Shown here one piece after another: positions 25,605 through 33,581 of a stretch of 34,169 nucleotides of DNA (positions are counted from its first letter, which is position 1; each line of letters opens with the position of its first letter). The notes below the pieces were generated by a model. The model was given only the letters and a program-made list of their open reading frames with translations, made no database searches and was not told the DNA's origin. Source of the stretch: a virus (lineage: Duplodnaviria; Caudoviricetes); IMG/VR virus record IMGVR_UViG_3300040733_000117, positions 1 to 34,169 of that record; one strand, 5' to 3'. Made by a program: the position numbers and the translations under genes.

Positions 25605-27143
25605 ATGGCATCAGACGATCCGATCTTATACGGGAAAGAGTTGTATTGCGCCGGCCTGGGCATTGCGTTAAACCTTGATATGGACCAGCCGTTTTCTTAC
25701 ACAGTCGGAACAAATAAAGGTGTCGAGGTAAAAGCTCAGTGCAATTTCACTTTTCCCCGCTTCTGGAAACTCACCGAGGAGTGGAGGCTCAGGACAATAC
25801 TTGATAGTGAGGCCTGGCAGAGTCCCCCGCTCGTAATGCTGCCCACTGATGAAAGTGAAGGGCTGGATTCGGGCGGAACAACACAAATTGGCCTCAGCGA
25901 TAAGACAACCTATCTCCTGAGCAATACCGATGTCGACAAGGCCACTTATACTGCAACGGCGGCAGATGTCATTCTGGGTGACCTGGTCGACCTGGGGGAG
26001 AGAGAAGACGAATATGCTATATCGCTTGTGAATCCTCCTACAAGAATTATCCCGACCTACGACGCCCATGAAGGAAAGAGGCTGGAACATGTTGCCAGAA
26101 TAGCGGCAGACTCCGGTATGGACTTCTACATAGGCACGTCTGGACAGATTATATTCATCGACATGGATTCTTACAGTGGCACAGTCACGGACACTGACTG
26201 GATTGCCTCTGGAAATCGGAAGAAAGACCCCACAAATGAAATAACATCCATGCTGGTAATCAAGACCTCTAAGATCCAGACCGAGTATGAGTTTGTGTGG
26301 GCTGAAAAAGGAGCTCAGACAGAAACAATACAGGCGCCAGGGCTTACCTCTGATATTGATGTATACGACGAGAGCAATATAGGGTATATTGCTGCAGCAG
26401 CCTGCTATGATAACGCAGATCCGAATCAGGGGGAGCTCGTAAAATTTGTCACTATGAATCCAGACGATTTCGAGCCTGGCCAGATTCCGACTCCCACTTC
26501 ATCAGGGCCTATCCTGAGTATTGTTTTTGATATACGCGATCCTTTGCAGGAAGAGCTTCTCGGCACTATTGACGCAAGGATTCTTGTACAGGGTGTTCCG
26601 TGGGGCGCAGTAGAGAACGAGGATATAACCTTTGAGACTGATGAAGAAAACTCTCTGGTAGCACAAAGTTACACGTCAACACCTGTAACAGTATCTTATA
26701 CTGCAACAGAAGGCGGTGCCACTCTTACAACAAACATCACAAAATACACGATGGGAGGCTTCGATTGGTATTACTACAAGGGCACCTTCTTTGATTCCAC
26801 TGATACCTTTGAGCTCTCCTTCGATTGTTACGAGATAATCTCATATGTCGAAGGGGCGGAAACCCCTTACACATACACAGACGAGGAACGTCCTGCTGAT
26901 GGATATATAGATGGAGTTGCTATTCTCAATCAGGCTGATGCTGATGCCGTGAAAAAGAATATGCTATACCACACTGTACGAGGGAACAGGGCAATAAATT
27001 ATACTGCGAACCGAGCTATCTTCACAATGGCAGCAAAAAATAAGATTTCGGCATGGAGAAGGTATCCTGAAGCCATAATAGACAGCATCACAATTGATAA
27101 TACAAGCACGAAGGTAAGCTGTTTTGAGGAGGTGTGGTGGTGA
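25605..27143 (+). CDS. Putative tail tip/baseplate hub protein
   Basis: Position; RLEHVARIAADSGMDFYIGTSGQIIF pattern typical of hub (gp27-like) proteins; acidic. Confidence 0.6.
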   Translation: MASDDPILYGKELYCAGLGIALNLDMDQPFSYTVGTNKGVEVKAQCNFTFPRFWKLTEEWRLRTILDSEAWQSPPLVMLPTDESEGLDSGGTTQIGLSDKTTYLLSNTDVDKATYTATAADVILGDLVDLGEREDEYAISLVNPPTRIIPTYDAHEGKRLEHVARIAADSGMDFYIGTSGQIIFIDMDSYSGTVTDTDWIASGNRKKDPTNEITSMLVIKTSKIQTEYEFVWAEKGAQTETIQAPGLTSDIDVYDESNIGYIAAAACYDNADPNQGELVKFVTMNPDDFEPGQIPTPTSSGPILSIVFDIRDPLQEELLGTIDARILVQGVPWGAVENEDITFETDEENSLVAQSYTSTPVTVSYTATEGGATLTTNITKYTMGGFDWYYYKGTFFDSTDTFELSFDCYEIISYVEGAETPYTYTDEERPADGYIDGVAILNQADADAVKKNMLYHTVRGNRAINYTANRAIFTMAAKNKISAWRRYPEAIIDSITIDNTSTKVSCFEEVWW

Positions 27144-27343
27144 GACAGGATGGAGCGTTGAGCATTGAAAAGATTACAGACTCTGATACGGACTCTACGA
27201 AACGGTTGAACAAAACAGAGTCACAAAGCACGGTCAGTGTAACAGGCAGAAAGTCTCATGCAGGTATGGGAGCTCTTGTGATCAAGAGCTCGGGTGGGCA
27301 GCGAAATACCATCATTGGCACAGGAGGATGGCTGGTGCCGTGA
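27134..27343 (+). CDS. Small putative tail protein
   Basis: GAGGAGGT RBS; overlaps both neighbours. Confidence 0.55.
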   Translation: MVVRQDGALSIEKITDSDTDSTKRLNKTESQSTVSVTGRKSHAGMGALVIKSSGGQRNTIIGTGGWLVP

Positions 27344-29745
27344 AGCTTACGCCGTTTGATGATTATGTCCAGGTTGTTGCTGTATCCGGTGGGAAAAACA
27401 CTGTCAAATTTCCCGGGAAGACAGAGCTCGTAGACAATGTGCCTTCTTCGAATCATTGTATCCCAGGGCAGTGGCTGCCAATGAAGAAGATCAATGGTGA
27501 TAGACAGCAGCCGATCCTCATATCTCCTCGGAGAAAAAGGAAAAAAGTCGGATGGACACTCGGAGCACAGGTTATTTCCTCCCTCAACTGGGACATGTGG
27601 AGAAACTCGCAACACCGCGGCAGCTTCAATAATACGAATCTCAAGCCGACCATATCAAATACGGAAATATCGGTCCAGGCCTGGCCTTATGGCTCAGCAT
27701 ATCCTACGAAGGCAACGAGTCTTGAAATGGCATTGATCCATGAGGGGTATGTATATGGCGTTGAAGTGTATGTCCCCGAGTATGACTGGGAGCCGCAGCA
27801 TCGGGTATTTCGGACGCCAGTGAATTCCTGGAGTCCCACATATGCCACGTCGCCCGATACGGGGGACATCTATCGAGGGGCGCTCAAAAATACGCCGTAT
27901 GATCTCGTGATTCTCGACGGGTATCTCTTCATCTGGTGGCAGATCGAGAGCCGGAAACATATCACGATATTCAACCTCGCTACCATGGTGATGGCAAGCG
28001 ATTATTACAGCAGCAATCCCGATAATGTCACATATCGCCGTATATTCTACGACTCGACATACTTGTATGTCATACATGACGTGGCATACAGCGATTATCA
28101 GAGAGGTGTGGCAAAATTCCTGCGCTCGGACGGCTCATATGTCTCTTCTTGTAATTTCGCCTGGCCAACATTCGACTTCCAGACGAACAACGGCTTCCTG
28201 TGTTACGCTTCCGAGATCCGCGCCAGCATAGCTCCCAGGGTGGGAAACGGCGTTGTGTTCCCCACTCTGAGATATGACGGATCGAATGAGATTATGCATG
28301 AAGTCGCAGCGTTCAACCTTGCAGACGGGACTCTGAAGTGGAAGTATGCGCCGACATCAAAAACTTTGACAAAATCATGGCTGTCATATGTAAAATGCTG
28401 GCGCTGTTACAGCAACGAGAGCAGCGGCTTATATTGGGAAGCCCTCTATAACACGACACACAGCCTTTTCTACTTTGACGATTGCGCGGACGGTGACAAA
28501 CAGATCCGGACAACACTCATTGCTTGCAATGAGCAATATGCTTTCGTTCTCGAAGAACAGTCAACCATAAAGCAAAACAGCACACACAGATCCTATGACG
28601 ACTGGCAGCAAACTGCCTGGAAAGAGCAGGATTACGAGGCCATGCCACAGGGGAGGTACGGCACTTCTGGCGAGGGAGATCCTTCCCAGATGACCTCGGA
28701 CTTCACTGAGTGCGCCGTTGATCGAGTGAGAGTTGCCTATGATTCTCTAGCCTTCGATACAGGCGATCCTTTGCCATTCCAATGGATCGACCGCAAAGAG
28801 GTATTCTTGAAGGTTCTGAACATCTTGACAGGTGCTGAGGTTGCGTCATACGGTTTCAGCGCCTCAGAATCCGATACCGGTACGCCAGACGACATCACGA
28901 TAGACAAAGAAGACTTGATCCTCGCTGTCAGGGCAATACACAAATATCTTTATGTTGACAGAACCAAGGAAGACTTTACGCCCTATAGTGGCGATAATTA
29001 TACCGATTTCATGGGACTCGCCAGTGACGAGCAGCCCCATAATGCCATATGCAGGAAGATATTGTCATACTGGTGCGCCGAGTGGGACCCGAACACACCA
29101 GAAGAGTTTTACTGGTGTGGAGCTTCGAACCGCTACGGCCCTATGAATAATATCGGGCCTCCAACAGGATATGACGATCTCGGCGAGGAGTGGAATTCCT
29201 GCTACCTTGCCATCGATGGGACAAATGGTGTGGCAACATCAATGCCCACAGGCCCCGGCCATTTCTATTTCTCTTGTGTCGCCGTAAAGCATCCGACTGA
29301 GGATGTGGTGCTGCACACAAAAAAGTATGTACCGACCTGTTTCGACTTCACCAAGACGCTCATAATGACAGTCGGATCTTCGACATATATCATCGTGGCG
29401 CCAACGCCGACTATTCCGACTCCTCCTTTTGTCTATGCAGGGAGACTGGGAATATTGAAGATGACTATGACAGGGGGCACAGCAACTTGGAGTATCCAGA
29501 AAGTTGACATCGGGCCTGGCGACGAGTTTCTCCACTTTTGCTGCAACAGAGAGCGAATATACTGTTTTGTTGGCTCGGACCGGACAAACTGCATTCTGTA
29601 TGAAATCAATCTGAGCGGGACAATCGTCACCACGAAGACAGGCGTCCGCATATGCAACGCAATAGACGAGAATCTGGAGCCGATGATTATCGACAATAAT
29701 TTGGTGCTCGTCGACACGACGAAGATCAGTTATATAGGAGCATAA
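27328..29745 (+). CDS. Large tail tip/receptor-binding protein (OB-like N-terminus, beta-propeller-like body)
   Basis: N-terminal V.VV.V....TVKFPG...NGD.QQP.L; propeller-like repeats AFNLADGTLKWKY, YDSTYLYV, LNILTGAEV; Tyr/Trp-rich. Confidence 0.65.
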   Translation: MAGAVKLTPFDDYVQVVAVSGGKNTVKFPGKTELVDNVPSSNHCIPGQWLPMKKINGDRQQPILISPRRKRKKVGWTLGAQVISSLNWDMWRNSQHRGSFNNTNLKPTISNTEISVQAWPYGSAYPTKATSLEMALIHEGYVYGVEVYVPEYDWEPQHRVFRTPVNSWSPTYATSPDTGDIYRGALKNTPYDLVILDGYLFIWWQIESRKHITIFNLATMVMASDYYSSNPDNVTYRRIFYDSTYLYVIHDVAYSDYQRGVAKFLRSDGSYVSSCNFAWPTFDFQTNNGFLCYASEIRASIAPRVGNGVVFPTLRYDGSNEIMHEVAAFNLADGTLKWKYAPTSKTLTKSWLSYVKCWRCYSNESSGLYWEALYNTTHSLFYFDDCADGDKQIRTTLIACNEQYAFVLEEQSTIKQNSTHRSYDDWQQTAWKEQDYEAMPQGRYGTSGEGDPSQMTSDFTECAVDRVRVAYDSLAFDTGDPLPFQWIDRKEVFLKVLNILTGAEVASYGFSASESDTGTPDDITIDKEDLILAVRAIHKYLYVDRTKEDFTPYSGDNYTDFMGLASDEQPHNAICRKILSYWCAEWDPNTPEEFYWCGASNRYGPMNNIGPPTGYDDLGEEWNSCYLAIDGTNGVATSMPTGPGHFYFSCVAVKHPTEDVVLHTKKYVPTCFDFTKTLIMTVGSSTYIIVAPTPTIPTPPFVYAGRLGILKMTMTGGTATWSIQKVDIGPGDEFLHFCCNRERIYCFVGSDRTNCILYEINLSGTIVTTKTGVRICNAIDENLEPMIIDNNLVLVDTTKISYIGA

Positions 29746-29746
29746 A

Positions 29747-32566
29747 ATGATAGTCCACTATCGCTTCCTCGAGGGCAAACGCACCGAGGATTCACCCTTT
29801 GATGTCTTCGCCATCGCCTACCAGGAAGATGAAGGCCCTCTGACCTTCTACAACTCCGAGATGCAGACGCCAATGTTCCCGCCAGGGGAGCTGGATGACG
29901 TCGGGATGGATTGGGTGGCCAACGCAGCCACCTTTTTTATTTTGCGATGGACGGAGATCCTGACTCGGTATATCTCCCCCGAGGAAGAGGACTGGGATTC
30001 GGCCTGGCTGCTGCTCGAGCGGATCGAGTGGTGGCGAAGACAGAGGAAAAAGGAACAGGAGGCTGTTGTCTCAAGCTCGAGCGGTGGAGGAGGAATTGGT
30101 CCTCCGGGACCACAGGGGCAGACCGGATTATCGGGAGCACCTGGAGACAAAGGGGACAAAGGCGAAGCTGGAGAGCCCGGCGCAAAAGGTGACAAGGGAG
30201 ACAAGGGTGATACCGGAGATCCTGGGCAAGATGGAAGCCCAGGGGTTCCTGGAGCGAAAGGAGATACCGGAGACCCTGGTGCACCCGGAGACAAAGGAGA
30301 TAAGGGAGACCCTGGTGATCCTGGAGAGCCCGGCGCGAAAGGGGACAAAGGCGATACCGGAGATCCAGGGCTGCCTGGAGACAAAGGTGACAAGGGTGAT
30401 CCGGGAACACCTGGCGCCGATGGCAACTCCATCATCTGGTGCGCATCCTGGACAACCTCGACGAGTTATATCCCTCTGGACGCGGTGAGCAATGACGGCT
30501 CATCATACATCTGTGTGAGCTCCCATACATCAGGGGCATCAACAGAGCCTGGCGTGGGAGCCGACTGGGGAACTGTGTGGGGTCTGATGGCATCGAAGGG
30601 TGACACTGGCATCCAGGGAGAGCAGGGGCCGACCGGACCAGCAGGATCGAATGGATCGGATGGCACAGACGGCTCTGACGGCGCTCCCGGCTCAGTGTGG
30701 CATACAGGCACGGGCGCGCCGAGTGACGGCCTCGGTATCGACGGGGATTACTATCTCAATGATGCCAATGGTGACGTATACCATAAGACTTCGGGCTCCT
30801 GGGGATCTGCGGTGGATAATCTCACAGGACCGCAGGGAGAGCAAGGCATCCAAGGGATACAGGGGAATCAGGGCATCCAAGGCGAGACGGGCCTCACGGG
30901 AGCCACAGGACCGGCTGGAGCAGACGGCGCAGATGGGACAGACGGCGACAATGCCTATTGTTATATCGCCTATGCCTCTGCCGATGATGGCACAGACTTC
31001 ACCACGACCTTCAGCGCCGCCCTCGATTACATCGCTATACTCAGCACGGCCACGGAGATCGCATCTCCGCAGGCTTCGGACTTTGCGGGGCTTTGGAAGA
31101 ATTACAAAGGCGCTACTGGTTCAACTGGCGCGAAGGGTGACACCGGATCAAAAGGCGACAAAGGAGATACGGGTGATACAGGTGCCGCAGGGCCCAACAC
31201 AGTCACCACGAGCACAACAACCAATATTACGGGCCTGCTCAAAGGCAATGGCAGTGCAATATCAGCGGCCTCGGCAGGGACAGACTTCGCTGCCGCCTCT
31301 AACGGCGTCACCGGCGGCGACTCTCACGACCACAGCGGCGGCGATGGGGCGCAGATATCCCATGCAGGACTCGGCAGTCTGCAGGGCGGGACTACAGGGG
31401 AGTATTATCACTTGACAGCAGCAGAACACAGTGCTCTAGGGAGTGCGGGCCCTGTATTCCATTACCAGGAATTCACCTCTAACGGCACTTGGACGCGCCC
31501 ATCTGGTGTCTATCAGGTGTGGGTGTTGTTGATAGGCGGCGGCGGCGGCGGCGGCGGCGGTGCGTCTGGTGGCGGCGGAGGCGGCGGAATGGGAGCCTTT
31601 GCGGGTGTTCCTGGCGGCGCGGGTGGCGGCGCGGGTGGCACCGGAGGAACTGGTGCTCATGGAGAGGTAATTTTTGGCTCCGCATATGTTAATTCCTCCA
31701 CATATGCGGTTACACTTGGCACAGCAGGTAATGCCGGAAGTGGTAATACATCACATGGCACTGGAGGTGACGGAGGAGCATGGCCATCACCTATATCCGG
31801 TAATAATGGGACGGATGGAGGAAATGGGAATAATGGTAGTGCTGGAGGAGATTCCACTTTTGGCACGTTGCTTACTGCCCGGGGCGGAAGTGGAGGCGGT
31901 TGTGGCTATGGCGGTAAAGGGGGAGGAGCCTCAGCGTATAGCGGAAGTCCACCTCCAGCGGTGGGAGGAACAGCAGGAGTCGCTGGGACATCAGGAAGTG
32001 CCTATAATGGAGCAGCATATGATTATATATCATTCAAACACTACGCCTTCAAAAGCGGAGGAAATCCTGGTAATAGTGGATCGGGGGGTAACACAGCTAC
32101 AAATGGTAGCGATGGGGTAGCAGGAACACTAGCTGGAGCCACTCTGAATTATGCAAATTTCTACTGGGTTTCCAGTGCCGCAACTGGATCAGTAGGTGCA
32201 AAAGGAAATAAGGGGACTAGTAATGGAGGAGGCGGAGGAGGTGCCTCCGGCGGTTCTGGAATTGGATATGGTATATTCCAAAATGCCACAATAAGCGGAG
32301 CTACTGGAGCTAATGGCGGAGCTGGCGGGAATGACAGTTCTAGTTCTCCAACTAGCGGTTCCGTTGGAAGCAATGGCTCGGCACCATCAAACCAAACTAG
32401 TTATGGCATTGGTGGGCTTGGTGGCTCTGGCGGCGGCGGTGGCGGCGGCGGCGGTGCTCATACTAATTATGGCACCGGCGCAAAAGGAAGTAATGGTGGC
32501 AATGGTGGCAATGGAGGCGCGGGAGGCCCTGGTTACTGCGCGGTGATATGGCTGGCGAGTTCATGA
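29747..32566 (+). CDS. Mosaic collagen-like/glycine-rich fibre protein
   Basis: Four Gly-X-Y blocks; CBM5/12-like DAVS.DGSSYIC..W..W; GTGAP....G.DGDYYL...G.VY.K; YIAYA...DG.DF repeat; HDH/HLT motifs; C-terminal FTSNGTW.RP.GV..V.V..IGGGG Gly-rich domain. Confidence 0.88.
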   Translation: MIVHYRFLEGKRTEDSPFDVFAIAYQEDEGPLTFYNSEMQTPMFPPGELDDVGMDWVANAATFFILRWTEILTRYISPEEEDWDSAWLLLERIEWWRRQRKKEQEAVVSSSSGGGGIGPPGPQGQTGLSGAPGDKGDKGEAGEPGAKGDKGDKGDTGDPGQDGSPGVPGAKGDTGDPGAPGDKGDKGDPGDPGEPGAKGDKGDTGDPGLPGDKGDKGDPGTPGADGNSIIWCASWTTSTSYIPLDAVSNDGSSYICVSSHTSGASTEPGVGADWGTVWGLMASKGDTGIQGEQGPTGPAGSNGSDGTDGSDGAPGSVWHTGTGAPSDGLGIDGDYYLNDANGDVYHKTSGSWGSAVDNLTGPQGEQGIQGIQGNQGIQGETGLTGATGPAGADGADGTDGDNAYCYIAYASADDGTDFTTTFSAALDYIAILSTATEIASPQASDFAGLWKNYKGATGSTGAKGDTGSKGDKGDTGDTGAAGPNTVTTSTTTNITGLLKGNGSAISAASAGTDFAAASNGVTGGDSHDHSGGDGAQISHAGLGSLQGGTTGEYYHLTAAEHSALGSAGPVFHYQEFTSNGTWTRPSGVYQVWVLLIGGGGGGGGGASGGGGGGGMGAFAGVPGGAGGGAGGTGGTGAHGEVIFGSAYVNSSTYAVTLGTAGNAGSGNTSHGTGGDGGAWPSPISGNNGTDGGNGNNGSAGGDSTFGTLLTARGGSGGGCGYGGKGGGASAYSGSPPPAVGGTAGVAGTSGSAYNGAAYDYISFKHYAFKSGGNPGNSGSGGNTATNGSDGVAGTLAGATLNYANFYWVSSAATGSVGAKGNKGTSNGGGGGGASGGSGIGYGIFQNATISGATGANGGAGGNDSSSSPTSGSVGSNGSAPSNQTSYGIGGLGGSGGGGGGGGGAHTNYGTGAKGSNGGNGGNGGAGGPGYCAVIWLASS
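30098..30430 (+). repeat. Collagen Gly-X-Y repeat, 37 consecutive triplets (GDK/GDP/GDT-rich)
   Basis: GPPGPQGQT...GTPGADGNS; nucleotide-level internal duplications (GGAGAGCCCGGCGC.AAAGG.GACAA). Confidence 0.95.
31535..31563 (+). repeat. (GGC)8-GGTGC tract, near-identical to 32429..32457
   Basis: Both encode Gly9-Ala; one mismatch over 29 nt. Confidence 0.8.
32429..32457 (+). repeat. (GGC)3GGT(GGC)4GGTGC tract, second copy
   Basis: Direct-repeat partner of 31535..31563. Confidence 0.8.
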
Positions 32567-32847
32567 TCCGCTACAACACCCCCTACCTCCGCATTGCTCA
32601 GGCCCTCGTCCCTGGCACAACCGCCTCCACGTGGCTGGTGTGGAGGCCTTATGCAATCCACATCGACCGGGAGAGATGGGACCGGCTCACGGTGGAGCAG
32701 CAGGAGCGACTCATCGGGCACGAGCAGGTGCACATCACGCAGAGGGAGCAGGACGGGATATGGTTCCTGGCGCGGTATATGTATTATCACTGCAGGTATG
32801 GGTATCGGGGGAATCCTTATGAGGTGGAGGCTTACTCGCAGGAGTAA
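32563..32847 (+). CDS. Small HExxH zinc-metallopeptidase-like protein (DUF4157-like)
   Basis: ATGA overlap with the fibre stop; LIGHEQVHITQ...F..RY...GY..NPYEVEAY. Confidence 0.8.
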   Translation: MIRYNTPYLRIAQALVPGTTASTWLVWRPYAIHIDRERWDRLTVEQQERLIGHEQVHITQREQDGIWFLARYMYYHCRYGYRGNPYEVEAYSQE

Positions 32848-32865
32848 TATCGAATCAACGGACTC

Positions 32866-32890
32866 AAGCCCGAAAGGGCTTATTTTATTT
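32866..32890 (+). terminator. Intrinsic terminator before the lysis cassette
   Basis: AAGCCC-GAAA-GGGCTT followed by ATTTTATTT. Confidence 0.7.
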
Positions 32891-32902
32891 GAGGAGGTAG
32901 CA

Positions 32903-33208
32903 ATGAACATCAGTATCAGCGGTATTTTCAACACTCTCGGATATCAGATCCAGAGAGTGTCAGTCCCCTTCTGGGCAGGCCTGCAGGTGTCACACATCGT
33001 CAAAGACATCATCGAGGTCATTACCACGGTAGAACAGATGATGCAGGACGGCCAGATAGACGCGAGTGAGCGGCGCCAGTTTGCCGGCAAGGCCATCCAT
33101 ATGATCCTAGAGGAGGTTGGGATCACAATCACCGAGGAGCAGGCCGGCAGTTTTGTGGATGTCGTCGTCGCGATCCTCAATAAGGTCGGGGTGCTGAAGA
33201 AGAAGTAG
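32903..33208 (+). CDS. Holin-like protein (LL-H-type C-terminal pattern)
   Basis: ATG 32903 after GAGGAGGT; VEQ.....SERRQFA....L...GITIT.EQ....D..V..LN; N-terminal TM segment is weak. Confidence 0.65.
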   Translation: MNISISGIFNTLGYQIQRVSVPFWAGLQVSHIVKDIIEVITTVEQMMQDGQIDASERRQFAGKAIHMILEEVGITITEEQAGSFVDVVVAILNKVGVLKKK

Positions 33209-33308
33209 CCTCTTTTCATGACTTTTGGGCAGGGCAGGATGATTGAGTCCTCCCTGCCTCCTGGCATCGAAAGAAACCCCCTCTCGGGGCACATGACGTG
33301 ATTGTGAG

Positions 33309-33575
33309 GTGGATGATTTGGACGAAATAGAAATCGGGAAACAGCTCGGGAAACTCATTCAGGGACAGGAAGACATCCTGCGGAAGCTCGAGGAGATGAA
33401 GGAAGTACAGAAGGGGAATCAAGAGTGCCTCGATGACCATGAGAACAGACTTACCAAGGCTGAGGAAAAAGTCAAAACTCTTGACAAAAGCAACGGTGCT
33501 CTCAGTAAAGCAGTAGTCACCATCCTCCTCGCGCTCCTAGTTGCTGTAATCGGACATATGATAATAGGAAAGTGA
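33309..33575 (+). CDS. Coiled-coil plus C-terminal TM protein (XhlA/holin-like lysis accessory)
   Basis: DHENRL...E..V..L followed by AVVTILLALLVAVIGHMII; directly before endolysin. Confidence 0.7.
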   Translation: MDDLDEIEIGKQLGKLIQGQEDILRKLEEMKEVQKGNQECLDDHENRLTKAEEKVKTLDKSNGALSKAVVTILLALLVAVIGHMIIGK

Positions 33576-33581
33576 GGAAAT

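Noticed and set aside
29848-31415. Collagen-like antisense ORF (29848..30435) and alternative-frame ORF (30600..31415)
   Set aside because: By-products of repetitive GC-rich Gly-X-Y codons
27328-32566. Diversity-generating retroelement or invertible tail-fibre cassette
   Set aside because: No reverse transcriptase, invertase, adenine-mismatched TR/VR pair or inverted repeats were seen in the window
32594-32902. 204-aa version of the holin-like ORF
   Set aside because: Extension overlaps the HExxH gene and crosses a terminator; a strong RBS precedes ATG 32903
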